From positions 2,410,345 through 2,474,344 of the forward strand of contig CM082579.2 of the NCBI GenBank assembly GCA_040954595.2: a stretch of DNA of 64,000 nt, read 5' to 3'. The first letter of the stretch is position 1. The number at the start of each line of letters is the position of its first letter. Source of the DNA: Balanoglossus misakiensis (Eukaryota > Animalia > Hemichordata). Both the position numbers and the translations under genes were made by a program. This document shows positions 51,945 through 64,000 of the stretch, piece after piece. The notes below the pieces were generated by a model. That model saw nothing but the letters and a program-made list of their open reading frames with translations, was not told the origin of the DNA and did not search any database.

Positions 51945-54900
51945 TTGAGATCTAGACAATGGAAGATTTTCTCGCAGTAGCCACGCGAAAACTTGTTGCA
52001 CCACTACATGGTCATTTGAAGACTTAGATAGCCTGTTGAACTTGGAAGTGATTGAAAACCTTCAAGACCAAAGAATTCTTCCTTTGATATCAGATAATGG
52101 TACATGTCGTATCTTTCAAAATCAGTGGACATGTTAATTTGGCTAGCTAGACCTTTTTCTCATGGAAGAGCATGTGTTTGTCTTGGTGGGAGATTTGTGT
52201 GTGTAGTTGCAGTTTCCAGACAGATTGAGAGGCTACCCTGGTGACGACACTCAATTAAGTTATAAAACCAAGGGGCATAAAATGAACGTCTGGAATGTTA
52301 ATTTAGTTCTGAGTGAAGGTAATTGAGAGGTAATGATTCAATTTCTGGCATATACGTATAAATTACGTTCCTAGATAGTATGTTCACCGTTATTTAGGTT
52401 TCATTTTGTCTCAACGAAATTGAAGCAACATAATTAAATGAATATATAAAAGTATAGACCATGTCGATATTGTTAAAGTTAATAAACGAGTGAATTACGT
52501 AAACATTTGGGAATTTTGTATATATAATACTGAGGCATTGTGAAAGGATAGCGGAAAAGAAAAGATGCAGATTTAGCAACGAAAATGAACCATTGAAACG
52601 GCATTTATGTGTATAGCGGAAGCGAGTGTACACTTCTTTTGTCTACCATCTGTTGGTATATAAGGAACTGTATAGTTGTATAGAGACACACATTTGCACT
52701 AACTATAACGCTAAAAGGAACATTCAAAAGGCATAAAGACGATCACTATTTGAAGCTCTTTTTGTAAGATTGTCGTTAAATTGTTCGATTTCCTCAGAGA
52801 TGTAAAGTCGAAAAAATTTGACATTAGTTTGGCTTGGTTTCTCTTCAACGGCTGTTAGAGTTTTTCGATGATGATGATAATGATGATGATGAAGTTTTGC
52901 CTTCACTCGGAGAAAGACAAATCTATTCTGTCGGCGTCCTTTATTGATCAATGAATTCATGAATTCTATTTATAGCGGCGGTACGATACGGCATTACGAA
53001 GCAACACCATACTGTTTCGGGAGGAAATTTAATTACGTGCCGTTAAACATCTTTGAATTCATCAGGCGCTTGCTAGTACATGTGTGTGAGCGGGGAGGCT
53101 AGCATGCGGTCGCATTAAGACTTGACAGTCGTGACCTAAAAAGCATTGGAATTGACAAGCTCAAAGGGAGTTTTTCAACTGGTTAAAACTTCCTGCAAAC
53201 CTATGAAGAAATCCAGAGTAATTGTTAAGGCAAAACTGCTGCTAAATGGCACAATGCAATCATTGCGGCGTATAAACTGACTGGTTATATTGATATACAA
53301 AAAGACCAATTCACTGGACTTGGGACAGTAAATTTTTCGCACTTCCCCAGTATTATCACTAATGGTACATTTAACTCTGGCAATTTCATAGCATCCACTT
53401 TTCAATACATGTACCACTTGTTCAGTCATGGACATATAGATGTAGTAACATACCTGGCTTAGAGTTGCAATGCAGGATGAATATATCAGGTTGAATAAAC
53501 TGTGGCTTTTTTGAAGTGAATAAAAAACTATAAAAAATATCAGAAAATACATTTTTTTGTGTTTTGTGCATGTCGTTTACAGTGATTTTGTTAGCCTACG
53601 AGTTATCATCAACCCCCAAAGCGTTACAATTTTCAAAGAGAAACGCCCTACATCTCACGTCGCAGCCACTCACTTGGCTGCCTTGGAACTCGACATGAAA
53701 TTAACAGCTAACTTTCTTCAATCGATAGATTTGGTTTTACTGAAAGGTTGGAAACTCTCCAACTACATGTGAGTAAATCCTTGATTACCTAATCGTAAAT
53801 GATAACATCTCTATGTGATAATGTCTGGGTTGTTATGGGGACCACGGGTGCCCTTCACTCCTGGGGTTATGTTTGCAACGCTCTCTTGTTTCCTTTGATT
53901 GCGTCAGTAGACTCGACACTACCCCCCGGCTATCTCTTTCAGTGATTGTCCGACTATATATTATCCGGAAAGAGCAATAAACACGCCTGTGCAGAGTACG
54001 TGACCTCAACAATGTCGATCGATCCGCGGGTTTCGCACTAGTTAAATTTGAGTAGAGATTTCTAATTTTATCACAGGCTCCCTTGATGTCTCAGCCTTCG
54101 CTAAGTAACACTGGAGTTGTAAAAAGGTATTCGCTTTAATTTGACATTTACAGGCAACTTATAACGAAGCTTTGACAGTTTTATGCGATGTGTTGACTCT
54201 AACAAGCACCCAGGCCGGAGAACTGTTAAGGAAGTACGTTGACTTTGCGATTTCAGATGAAAAGAGTTTGGGGTACTCCAGACCTGTTTTTCATATATCA
54301 CATCTGATCACACACCTTGGAATATCAACGACGCAGAGCAACACACATAATTGAAAAGTTCTCCACAGGGCAAAGTTGCATCAACATATAGCTACTCTTG
54401 GTTTGCCTCTCTGACAAGTCTCGAGTGCATGCGTGCTTACATGTAATTTTTCCTGGTATATAATCCTGCATTTGAGACGTTATCTTTAACCAAATTATGG
54501 TGGGCATATATAACTTCTATGAAAGGTGTATTGATTTTCAATCACTGAATTTAATGGTGCCATACAAAAGACTGAACAAAGCGATAGAGTAATGTAGAAT
54601 ATCTCTTTTTTCATTGAGTGTTTTGAAGGCTTTCAAATGGTTTATATAACAAGGCAGTAATTTACCGCTGGGATAGAAGGCCCATTTATCGTCTGTAAGA
54701 CTATGACGATTGCATACACGTAAATAGAGGGACTTATCGAACGCGAACTATACCACATTCGATAATGTATCACAAGGGTATACTTTATTTTCATTGTCCT
54801 GTGTTAAAAGTCTTGCACGTTTCGCCCAATGGGATTCATCGGTCTTTCCGGTGTGTTTTTCTCAAATTGTGTGCAAAAGTGATTGTCGTGAAAAACCTCA

Positions 54901-57814
54901 AGATGTAAATGGTTTGATTGGTTTATATCATTCCGTGTTCTCAGACTTTCGATTTAAAAGCTGTCAGCGATGTATTTTCCAAATGAACGGATCGAGAGTC
55001 ACATTAACTATCTACTGTACAAGATTCACCAACGTTATGAAACATACCTCTCGCGGTGACACAGAACTCCGTATTATGCTTTCAATACATTCCTCATTTC
55101 TGATGACACAATGTGCCACAGTGCAACAAAGATCCTCCGTGTCTGTTTGGCAGCATCAATCGGATTTATCTGCTTGGGTGAATACGAGCTCTTGGAGGGT
55201 AATGCTGCAACTGACAGGTGTACAGCAGAAGCTTATTGTTAACGATAAGAAGAGTGGGCATTATTGTTGAAAGTAATTGCAACCGAGTGCCAGAGCTCTC
55301 CGGAATCTTTGCGCTGTCATAAAGACCATGACATTTCTCTTTTAAAATCACTGGAGTATAGATGTCAGCATGCGCGTGTTGAATAATACACGCGTCGATA
55401 AAAAAATAATGTTGTCACTCCTTTGTTAAACGAGTATGTATACAGGGCGTTTGACACCCTGGTAGACACATGGGCCAGGCCAGTACTTCATATAGCTTCT
55501 AACTGAACCAAAACACAATGACACTGAAGCACAAAATACTAAGCTTCGGTCCAAGTGAGCAGCACATTATATACATACTCATTCTTTGATAGATGGTGAT
55601 AATGTCAAAACGGAAACGGTAATTACAGTTCCAGGATTGACATAGATCATGTACACTAGTTTGTCTGTAGCATTTAACTTTGCGAACAACAAATCGTTTG
55701 GACCATACGGTAACTGCAACATACGTGAATGCTGTGTACAAACAGAAGGTCAATATATCCAATGACTAACGATCATCGAAAGGCAAATGCACTCTTTTCT
55801 ACGAATCCGCCACGCTGGGAAGTGTGTCATGTTGATTGCAACAAGGAAATACCTCACACTGATTGTCTGGCGTTCTGCATTTTACTCAAAGGGAAGTGAA
55901 ATGAACACGTCTCTTCGATAATACGCCCACAGAATCTCGACATGGTGCCAAATGTTGAAACAACACTAATGGTCAAGGTGTAACAACTGGGATGGTTGAC
56001 TGATTTAACAACGCGTTTGACGCATAAGACATTGGGTAAAATAAACGAGAAAAAAATGGTGGGGAACATTCACAAGAATGCGCTAATTTGAAAACAAATA
56101 ATGAGTCAGATGTTTCGCAACGCCGAGAAATGCAGAACATTTTCCAATATGATGGACGTTAATTGAATTGCTAGACGACATCTGAGTATAATTAATAAAA
56201 ATATCTGAAAGTCATATATTTGCATTGACCTCTTGAAGTACCAGCAACCTTGTCAGGTCATGCACACATGAGTAAAACTGAGAAAGTACCAGAAACATAC
56301 TTGAGACCATTCCCTTGAAAATAAGCACCTGAGAGTTAATGGATTCTAGTCACTGTGTACGGCAATCGAAAACACACGTCGCCATCTGTCATGGGTACTT
56401 CTAACAAATAATGCAGTGTTGGGAGAAAAAATAAATTATTGACATTCTTTCAGCAAAAGAAATATTTTTAATGACACATGACATTAAATTCTGTTTGCAT
56501 CTAATAGCAGAGCCCCGCGGCAAGCTTCGAAACATCCGGTGTTGATGTTTGTCTCGTTAGTTCCTGCTAAGTAACTCATAAATTAACGAGAGAATCGCGA
56601 TTTGCAGTAATCGAGTACCATCTTGTCGAAATATGCATGGTTGGTAATTGAAAGCGTGATTCAGAGTTAGATGAAACGTTGCATTGTATCGAAATGTTTC
56701 ACTGCAATTGGCAAATTAATGGACAGAAGTTTCAACGGGAACGTAAACGTCTCCTTATTGTGCCGATCACGGTTTGTGGTAAACTATATTAATTTGTTCC
56801 CATTACATAAATTGTCTGTTCGTGCAAAATCAACATGTGTTCCAGTCATTCAATTCATGTCCATATCTGTGAAACCTTTTATCCGACCTTTTCCTACAAT
56901 ATACACGGTGATGCTTGACAATATTGAAAGTTTAGCTGATATATAGTTGTGACGAACGGAATTTACATCTGGTCTTGGAAGCCTTACTGCACTTAATATA
57001 TACTTTATGAACTGCGCATCCGATTGTAGCGAAGTACTTTTTGAGAATGGTTGAAAATGTACAATCAACTTATTTATTTATGTTTATATGCACAGTGAAA
57101 CTGGCATAAGCTTGGTGAGCGGCGTATATTTCATGTGATTATCTATTTGTCACACGTTTTCTGAATAAATTATGGCAACTCTATTTGAGGTTAGACAAAT
57201 ATTTACATTAGCTCAGGTGATCTGGAAATGATGTTATTTTTCTAATCCGAGTTTTAATTCCGAGCAATGATTGCATTCTGAATGGTTTGCTTTCTACGTT
57301 ATCATATTTATTTCACACTGCTTTTCACGAAATGTGCTAAACCTATACTGGTTTCGCATTAATGGTACCTGTGCGATTTGTCATGTGAAATAATCAATGA
57401 ACACAATTGCAGAATGAAATAACTAAGACTCTAAGACTCATAGCACATTTTCCGGATTCCAACAATCTTGAATTTAATAACAACGCCCATCATAGAGGCA
57501 TTCCATTTCCCAGATAAACACAAAAACATGAAACTGCATATTTGCATAATTCATTGTCAGACGCTTGCAATGAATGTAAATGAATTTTAATTTTAAGGCC
57601 TTTGAAAATATCCCAAGGGACAATAGAATTGTTTCAACACCAATCTTGGTTGTTGGAACGGTTTTACAGAAAGCGAACCTCGTCCGCAGTTTTTGAGCGG
57701 TCGGTCACCAGCAATTTCCACTTCCCCACCCTTTGGTAGAATGCCGTGTTCCTGCGCCGTCGCGCACATGCCGGCATCCTTTCAGCGGTGCGGTTAGTCA
57801 CCACACGAGAAAAC

Positions 57815-57887
57815 ATGGACTTCTGTTCTGGTTGCTCGTTTTCGCTCGTGATTTTGTCGCTATGGTTTTCAGTTACTCCACTCTCTG
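57815..57887 (+). CDS. Lectin gene exon 1 (signal peptide)
   Basis: aaacATGG Kozak context; hydrophobic leader; TCT G|gtaagt. Confidence 0.85.
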
Positions 57888-60800
57888 GTAAGTCATTTAA
57901 CCCCCCCCCCCCCTCCCCGTCGGTATTTCACATATTGGTTTCCAGTACAGTGTTTACATTGCCAAACTGCTAGACAACTATATATTCAACGCTCCCACTT
58001 CATTTTGACCAGGCTTCATCGCCGTGAATGCACCCTATGTGGAGATTCTAAGGAGGGGATTTTGCCTTCGCCACCACGTTTTTCTGACCAAGGCCACTGG
58101 CACACTCTTGAGCTGCGGACACCTTTGCATGAACACTCCTGGATGTGCGTCCATCAACTACATAAAATCTCAAGGTATCTGCGAGCTCAGCGACGTCTCA
58201 TCTTCAGATGTTGACGCACAGGATGGTTGCATCTACATGAAGATCGGATACAACTACAATTTGGTCAGTAGACACTATCGTATTGGAAACAGACCTTGCT
58301 TTTTTTTTGAAAACCCCATGGCCAATCGTGCTTTCATGGTAAAAAAAGACAATCAACATGTAATGAATGATACCCACTATTATATCTATCACGTTGATCG
58401 GTTACGCGCATGTATGTTTAATCGACGTTGCATAGCAATGCAAGGATAAATTGCACATTGAAGAGTCTCACATGAAGCAGCGCCATTTAAAAAGGGAAAG
58501 GGTTGTCAACTTTTCGCGTTATCAAGGCTGTCGTTGAGTTACTTGGCAAGTTAATCTAACTTCTTGTCTTGCACACTGAATCACACTTAACGTTTATTAC
58601 AGCTCAACCCATACCCTTATGAGTTATGTATATGGACATATGTTAATATTTCTATGGAATAAAATCTCATTTTATCAAATATTTGTCAATGAAAGAGGAC
58701 GTCAACGAAAGAAAGTGAGAGTACAGCTTCATGTATATTTGCTATCGAGTGTAATATTATGTAGATAACATCAATTTCTCACAAAAAGCAGAAATATTCA
58801 AAATGAGTGGATAGCGACATTGCCCCTTTAATTTCAACCATCGACATTATATGTCTTAAATTGACAGCACGTGGTCAGTGTTGCTAAGCAACCAAAGCAT
58901 CCACTCATTACACTAATTCAAAGAGAGCAAAGCGGCCCACATTCTTTTTGCATTTGGATCGTTCTTGAAAACCCACACCACACGTAGAATGGATATCAAA
59001 GAAATCGAATTATAGCGAATGTAAATTTACTGCCACATTCAATTGTACTAGATTGAATTAAAGGACCTTGTAAGCGCTATATACTAACAGTGCAAGCAGC
59101 ACGGGATTTCTAGTGAAGTTAAACTTAATTTACGTTTAATACGAACTATTAATTATCGTTTTTATATATCACTAAGTGTACTCAAAATGTATTCCTAAAA
59201 AACCTGGTTGCAGAAGAACCCGCGAGCCATGTTTATTTGACTATTATGTAGACGTCGTTAACTTAAACAGTTTGACGGTTCTGTCTTTTGAGGAAAACTG
59301 TCTTTAAGTTGCGTGCGTGACTTAAGACCTTGCGTCTTGGTTACACGTTTGACGGACTGGAAAAAAGGGAGATTTGTAATGTAGTTCTCTACCAATCGAC
59401 CTTTAAATCACATGATGACGCACATGTAGCCTATGTAACATGCTCACGGGAGATCCGTTGCTTTCCATCATCTATTTCGATTCGACGTTGTTTCTGTAAG
59501 AAATACTGCTGAACCCGGCAGGTGCAACTAATCCTGAAATGACGTCATAGATGACACTGCTTCAGTAATTTTATTGAAAACAAGTATAACCATTGCCCGC
59601 ATGCTAGTATCAGGATAAAAGCATTGGTCGCTACATGTCTTTATGAACTTTTCTCATAGAAAAGTGTCTCTCGATTCATGCTGACATTTCACACATTTTA
59701 TGGCCTATAGTGGTGACAGAGATGCCATGCGCTAACCGTACCGTAAACTTACAAGTTATACAGTCACACTTTCTCAAGTTATCAACCGGGGCATTACTTA
59801 CTTATCACTTGATTGTTTGCATTTCACACACAAAGTTGCAGAAAGATTGACAGGAGGATCCTTAAATAATGTTTTACTCTTTTAGTACTGTGGTCTGTCT
59901 TTTGATGTAATAATCTTTTCCAACGGAAATCTTTCTATACAGTCGTCTGGACACCCCTCAGACGCATCGAAGCAGTTGATTAAATTCCCGTACCGCATTC
60001 AATTTTGTAATGGACTTGTAACACATTGATGGATTTATTAATGAAATCCATATGTCGCCCTTTGAGAGTTGCAGCGGGATTTAAACCACATGACTTCCGT
60101 TTTGTCACGTCTTCTATTTTCTGACATCATGACAGTAGCCAACATGCGGGGGACATGCAAACGTTTACAAGTGGTTGAAATTGAAGTTCGTCACCTTTTG
60201 GTTTTTAATTTTAAAGAAACAAATAAAGTTAATTGACTCTTATTCTTCCAGGCTAATGAAGTGGGCAGCTGTGTTAACGGTTGCTTGAACAATGGGATAT
60301 GTAGCGTGGTTTCCACGTGTGCAGATGAGTCCGATAGGCTGCCCTTTCAATATCAATGTGACTGCATCGATGGATATCGTGGTCTTCGTTGCGAAAAAGG
60401 TAATGGCTGCGTATCATTGGTGATATTGGGTAAATGACGTCAAAGTTTTCAATTTGGAGAGGGGGATATGATTTCTCAGCAACTGAAATTTAATACATTT
60501 TTTTGTTTTGGTTTGTGATCCCATTCACAATTGGCTCACGGATTTAGCAGAGAACCCCTGCTGCATGTACTTCCATGCTTACATTTAATACCTACATGTA
60601 CCGTCATTTTTGATGGAGTGGTTTCCCTCACTGGTAAATACAGAACAGTCAGAAGTTGAGTCGCTCATTCTTCAGTCTAACATATCATTTCGCATGACCG
60701 GTCTTAACCACGTGCCGTGGGAGAATTAATTTTACAATATTACTTCGTGTGATTTACAATTGGTGCGAGAGAAAGGTTCGTTGATTTATCATCGAATACT

Positions 60801-63800
60801 CATTCTCAGGTTAATGCGAAATGGTACGGGTGAATTGCATATAGTAATAGTCAATTTTCAATAATATTGGCAGAAAATGGGGGCCCGTTAATGGTTCTTG
60901 AAGTGGGCAAACTTGTTCGTTTATTCAAAAATCTCTAATTTGTATTCAGTATACACACTAGGGATATTTCATTTGTGATAAATACTCGCGTAGAGTGTCT
61001 GAAACGTGGCAATATTTAAACACTACCTTTCTTTTTAAGTTTGCGCGTGTTTGTTATACATTACCCTGGTACTGTGTACAGAGCATTTAGTCGTATCTAA
61101 TTTAGACTGAGAGGTGATGATGGATGTTTTGAAAATAGTAAGCAGGTCATACCCCACGATTGACACCCGCCATACATTATAATATTTTCATCTCTAAGTC
61201 AGGATGGAAAGACAGGAGTAGCCATTGACATTCACCAATCATTTGCGTAGGAGATACATTGCACTTATCGACCAAGCTCATGGCACCTGCCGAAAAGTTT
61301 GAATGTAGACACACGCCTTTTATACAGAAACCTTTATACGCTTGCAAGAGAGATAGATATGAATTTCTGTCTGCAAATCTTTATATGTTAACACGAATGT
61401 TGTTGTTGCATAAAATATGATAAATCATTTGTGAAAGAGGATTATGAAAAATGACAAATTATTATAAAATCCGGATATGGAATAAGACTAATTATTTATT
61501 TCTCTACGACAAATCATACTCATGCTATGGATTATTGGCAAATTTAATATATTTTCCTGTAGATGGTAAGAAATTATGTGCATATGAAGTCTTTTGCGCT
61601 CTAAAATAATGTTGAGGGTTTGAAATTAATTTCCTCGAGTTGAAAGGATAATTTAAATCTTAAGCTGCTTCAGGAGCGTATGTGCTGTGGTGTTAATAAA
61701 TAAGAGATCCATTCAATATCACCACATTTTAAAATCCATTTTGAGTGTACAATTGTGTATTTTCTTCCAGCAATTCCTTATGTTGAAGTTGCAAGGGGGA
61801 AACCTGCGTGGCAGAGCTCAACTAAAGGCGCCGAAGCTAATATGGCCGTGGATGGAGAGACGACAGACGATTACTACTATCTCGGCGGTATTGGTTGGTG
61901 TTCCCACACTCGCAATAGATACAACTCGTGGTGGATGGTCGATCTCCAGAGGTCGTATCTGATACGGAGGATAAATATCACTAACAGGGCAGATTGCTGT
62001 GGTAAGTTTTGGTATAACTGCACCATTGTGCAGGTTCGGAATAATCCTACCGTGTGGCGTTACAGATCACAACGGGGTCAGGATGCAAAGGTTGGCAAGT
62101 GGTTAAACCAAGCCTTAAGTGTGATATACTGGTATAGCATGGTAGAGCAGCATATGGTTTATGCATCAATTAGTTTTTCAATTCAGACACTACTTCTAGA
62201 ATATTAAAAAATCACTTTTACAAGAGTGACGGGTCGGACTGTCGCATGGCACGTAAAAACAGTGTCGTTCAGAATTTCCGATATTACCACTGATGTAATA
62301 TCTGCATTAAATGAAGCAGTCGACTTTTACTGTCTCTTAAACACGTCAATAATCAATCATACGCGATTTGCACATCGGGATAGTTCATTTATTAGATGCG
62401 TCACAATTTATGGGTGAAAGATTTCGACTCAATCATAGGCAAACCCATCTGGAAATAAGATGACATAAAATAGCACGTTCTGTTCTTTTGATGGGTATTC
62501 GACCTCTCATGTTTAGCAAAATTTCAAGTGATCAAACCTCTGCAAATTTCCAATTTATTGAAGTAAATTTTTCTCTAAGCTGAATTTGTGATGTAACTAA
62601 ATGGTCAGTATGAGATCATGTATACTAGTAGTGGAGGGGAAACTTTTCAGTCCTAAAAACTCATCACGTCAACACAAACATTACTTTCGTTCCTTTCGAC
62701 TCAATGGTGATATTGTGTAGAAATCGATTTATTATTACTATTATTATTATTATTATTTTCAGAACATAGGCTCCTTTCATCCGAGGTCAGAGTTGGATTA
62801 TCGAGTGTCATGGCGAATAACGACGTCTGTGGAGGAATCATTACGGCCAGTACGTTGAACCAAACAACAGGCAGTCAAGTGCTGCTCGACTGTCACAGCA
62901 TATTCGGTCGCTTTGTTAGCATACGCAGAACAGACGACAACAAGTACGCCTTGAATCTTTGCGAGGTCCAAGTCTATGCCGAAGATCCAGGTAATTTAGT
63001 TGGAATACAGTAGATAAACAAGCATGCCTTCTTTATAGATATATGTTCTTACAGAGTAATTATCTTTTAAAAGTGTACCTATAACTATCCAAGTGGACTC
63101 TGAACATAACGGTACATCATCATCATCGTAATAAAAATAATCTCATTTTGTGTAGAATGGGACGCAGTCTTTTTAGGTGTTGGTCGGTCGGGGGTAAACC
63201 TGCATGAAATGTGGTTGAATGGAACAGCGGTCGGTAGCAGATCGGACATAAGCAACAACAGTACTCAAAACTATCTTAATGAAGCCATTAATAAGTGGGC
63301 CAACCTTTACGTGAAATATGTGAGTAAATGTGTTTTTTTCTATTTCAATGTCCCATTGTGTGACAAGTTCTTATTTTAAAAAGAAGTTTGAGAGAACGCT
63401 GTTGAATGAGATTACTTTTCAATAAAACACTCAGATTTGTTTGTTGCTATTGATGGAACTTCGGATTATATTCTACTCTTTTCATTTTGAGTTGAATACC
63501 GAAACCGATTGCACGTGTACACTTAATCATCAGCGCGGCTCTTTCAGTCCCCAGCGGTGTTCGATGAAAAGAAGGTGCCGTGAAAGAAACCTTCGCCGAG
63601 CAGTTGTAGTCGCACGCAACACGTACTCCCCTTATTAAGGCCATACTGAAGGGTTCAGATTTTCATGGCAACCTTCGCTTAGGGCAAGCTATTTAAATGT
63701 AGTTACGATAACCTTGCCTATCTTTACCCAATTCCCATAAATTCTTTATGGCCAAATAAATGCACAATTTACAACACAGTCGAAACCATATGAAATAGAA

Positions 63801-64000
63801 GATACTGATGTATTGTAACGCCGTCATTGTGCCTATAAGAGGCTGTATGGTAAGAAAATGAGATGTCAAACCAGAATCCAATTATCTTAAACATCACTGA
63901 TTGACAGTCACTTAAGAAAGATCTAAAAAAATTGTATTGTGGTCTTTTCAAGGTGAAGCTGTCTCTCTTCAAGGACAACGTAGAAGTAGCCAGCATCTTG
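57815..64000 (+). CDS. Secreted PAN/apple - EGF - F-type (fucolectin/FTP) lectin protein with an additional C-terminal domain, 3' incomplete: join(57815-57887, 58013-58263, 60252-60399, [61563-61565], 61771-62001, 62763-62990, 63156-63319, 63953->64000)
   Basis: All junctions are GT-AG and phase-compatible. Signal peptide MDFCSGCSFSLVILSLWFSVTPLSG; PAN motif C-x3-C...CASINY...CEL; EGF CDCIDGYRGLRCE; FTP domain VARGKPAWQSS...AVDG...CSHT...WWMVDL...NRADCCEHRL...LNLCEVQVY. Confidence 0.9.
58013..58263 (+). CDS. Lectin gene exon 2 (PAN/apple domain)
   Basis: ttttgaccag|GC TTC ... AAT TTG|gtcagt; six Cys in a PAN pattern. Confidence 0.88.
60252..60399 (+). CDS. Lectin gene exon 3 (EGF-like domain)
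   Basis: ttcttccag|GCT AAT ... AAA G|gtaatg; encodes CVNGCLNNGICSVVSTCADESDRLPFQYQCDCIDGYRGLRCEK. Confidence 0.92.
61563..61565 (+). CDS. Candidate 3-nt microexon (ATG), adding Asp between the EGF and FTP domains
   Basis: atattttcctgtag|ATG|gtaaga; frame-preserving in a phase-1 intron. Confidence 0.5.
61771..62001 (+). CDS. Lectin gene exon (F-type lectin, N-terminal half)
   Basis: tttcttccag|CA ATT CCT ... TGC TGT G|gtaagt. Confidence 0.93.
62763..62990 (+). CDS. Lectin gene exon (F-type lectin, C-terminal half)
   Basis: attttcag|AA CAT AGG ... CCA G|gtaatt; encodes GRFVSI...LNLCEVQVY. Confidence 0.93.
63156..63319 (+). CDS. Lectin gene exon (start of the unrecognised C-terminal domain)
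   Basis: ttttgtgtag|AA TGG GAC ... AAA TAT|gtgagt; open frame EWDAVFLGVGRSGVNLHEMWLNG...NKWANLYVKY. Confidence 0.82.
63953..64000 (+). CDS. Lectin gene exon, truncated by the window end
   Basis: tcttttcaag|GTG AAG CTG TCT CTC TTC = VKLSLFKDNVEVASIL; phase 0 matches the previous donor. Confidence 0.72.
   Translation, partial: MKLSLFKDNVEVASIL

Noticed and set aside
43900-57700. Numerous 60-160 aa ORFs in the intergenic region
   Set aside because: No recognisable domains or consistent splice-phase chains; consistent with random ORFs.

Overview
Eukaryotic, intron-rich DNA, AT-rich and probably from a marine invertebrate; a deuterostome such as a hemichordate or amphioxus is an inference only. 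Bases 1-10203 are the edge of a very homogeneous 87-bp satellite array (about 117 monomers) that stops abruptly. The long ORFs reported there are artefacts of a stop-free 29-codon monomer. The unique part holds two divergently transcribed spliced genes that I assembled by hand from GT-AG sites. The first is a complete Cys-loop GABA-A-type chloride-channel subunit (minus strand, 9 coding exons, 43096->19548, 489 aa, alpha/gamma/GRD-like). It has unusual residues: loop B Tyr->Asn, loop C Tyr->Arg and pore 6' Thr->Leu, and it retains the alpha1-H101-equivalent His. The second is a secreted PAN/apple-EGF-F-type lectin protein with a further unrecognised domain (plus strand, 57815 to beyond the window end), with a candidate 3-nt microexon. 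Introns carry TTAA-flanked Kolobok-like MITEs, a degenerate LINE 3' fragment and microsatellites. I found no evidence for a wholly new multi-gene system. The best leads are the atypical receptor subunit, the microexon, an overlapping uORF and the structure of the satellite edge.
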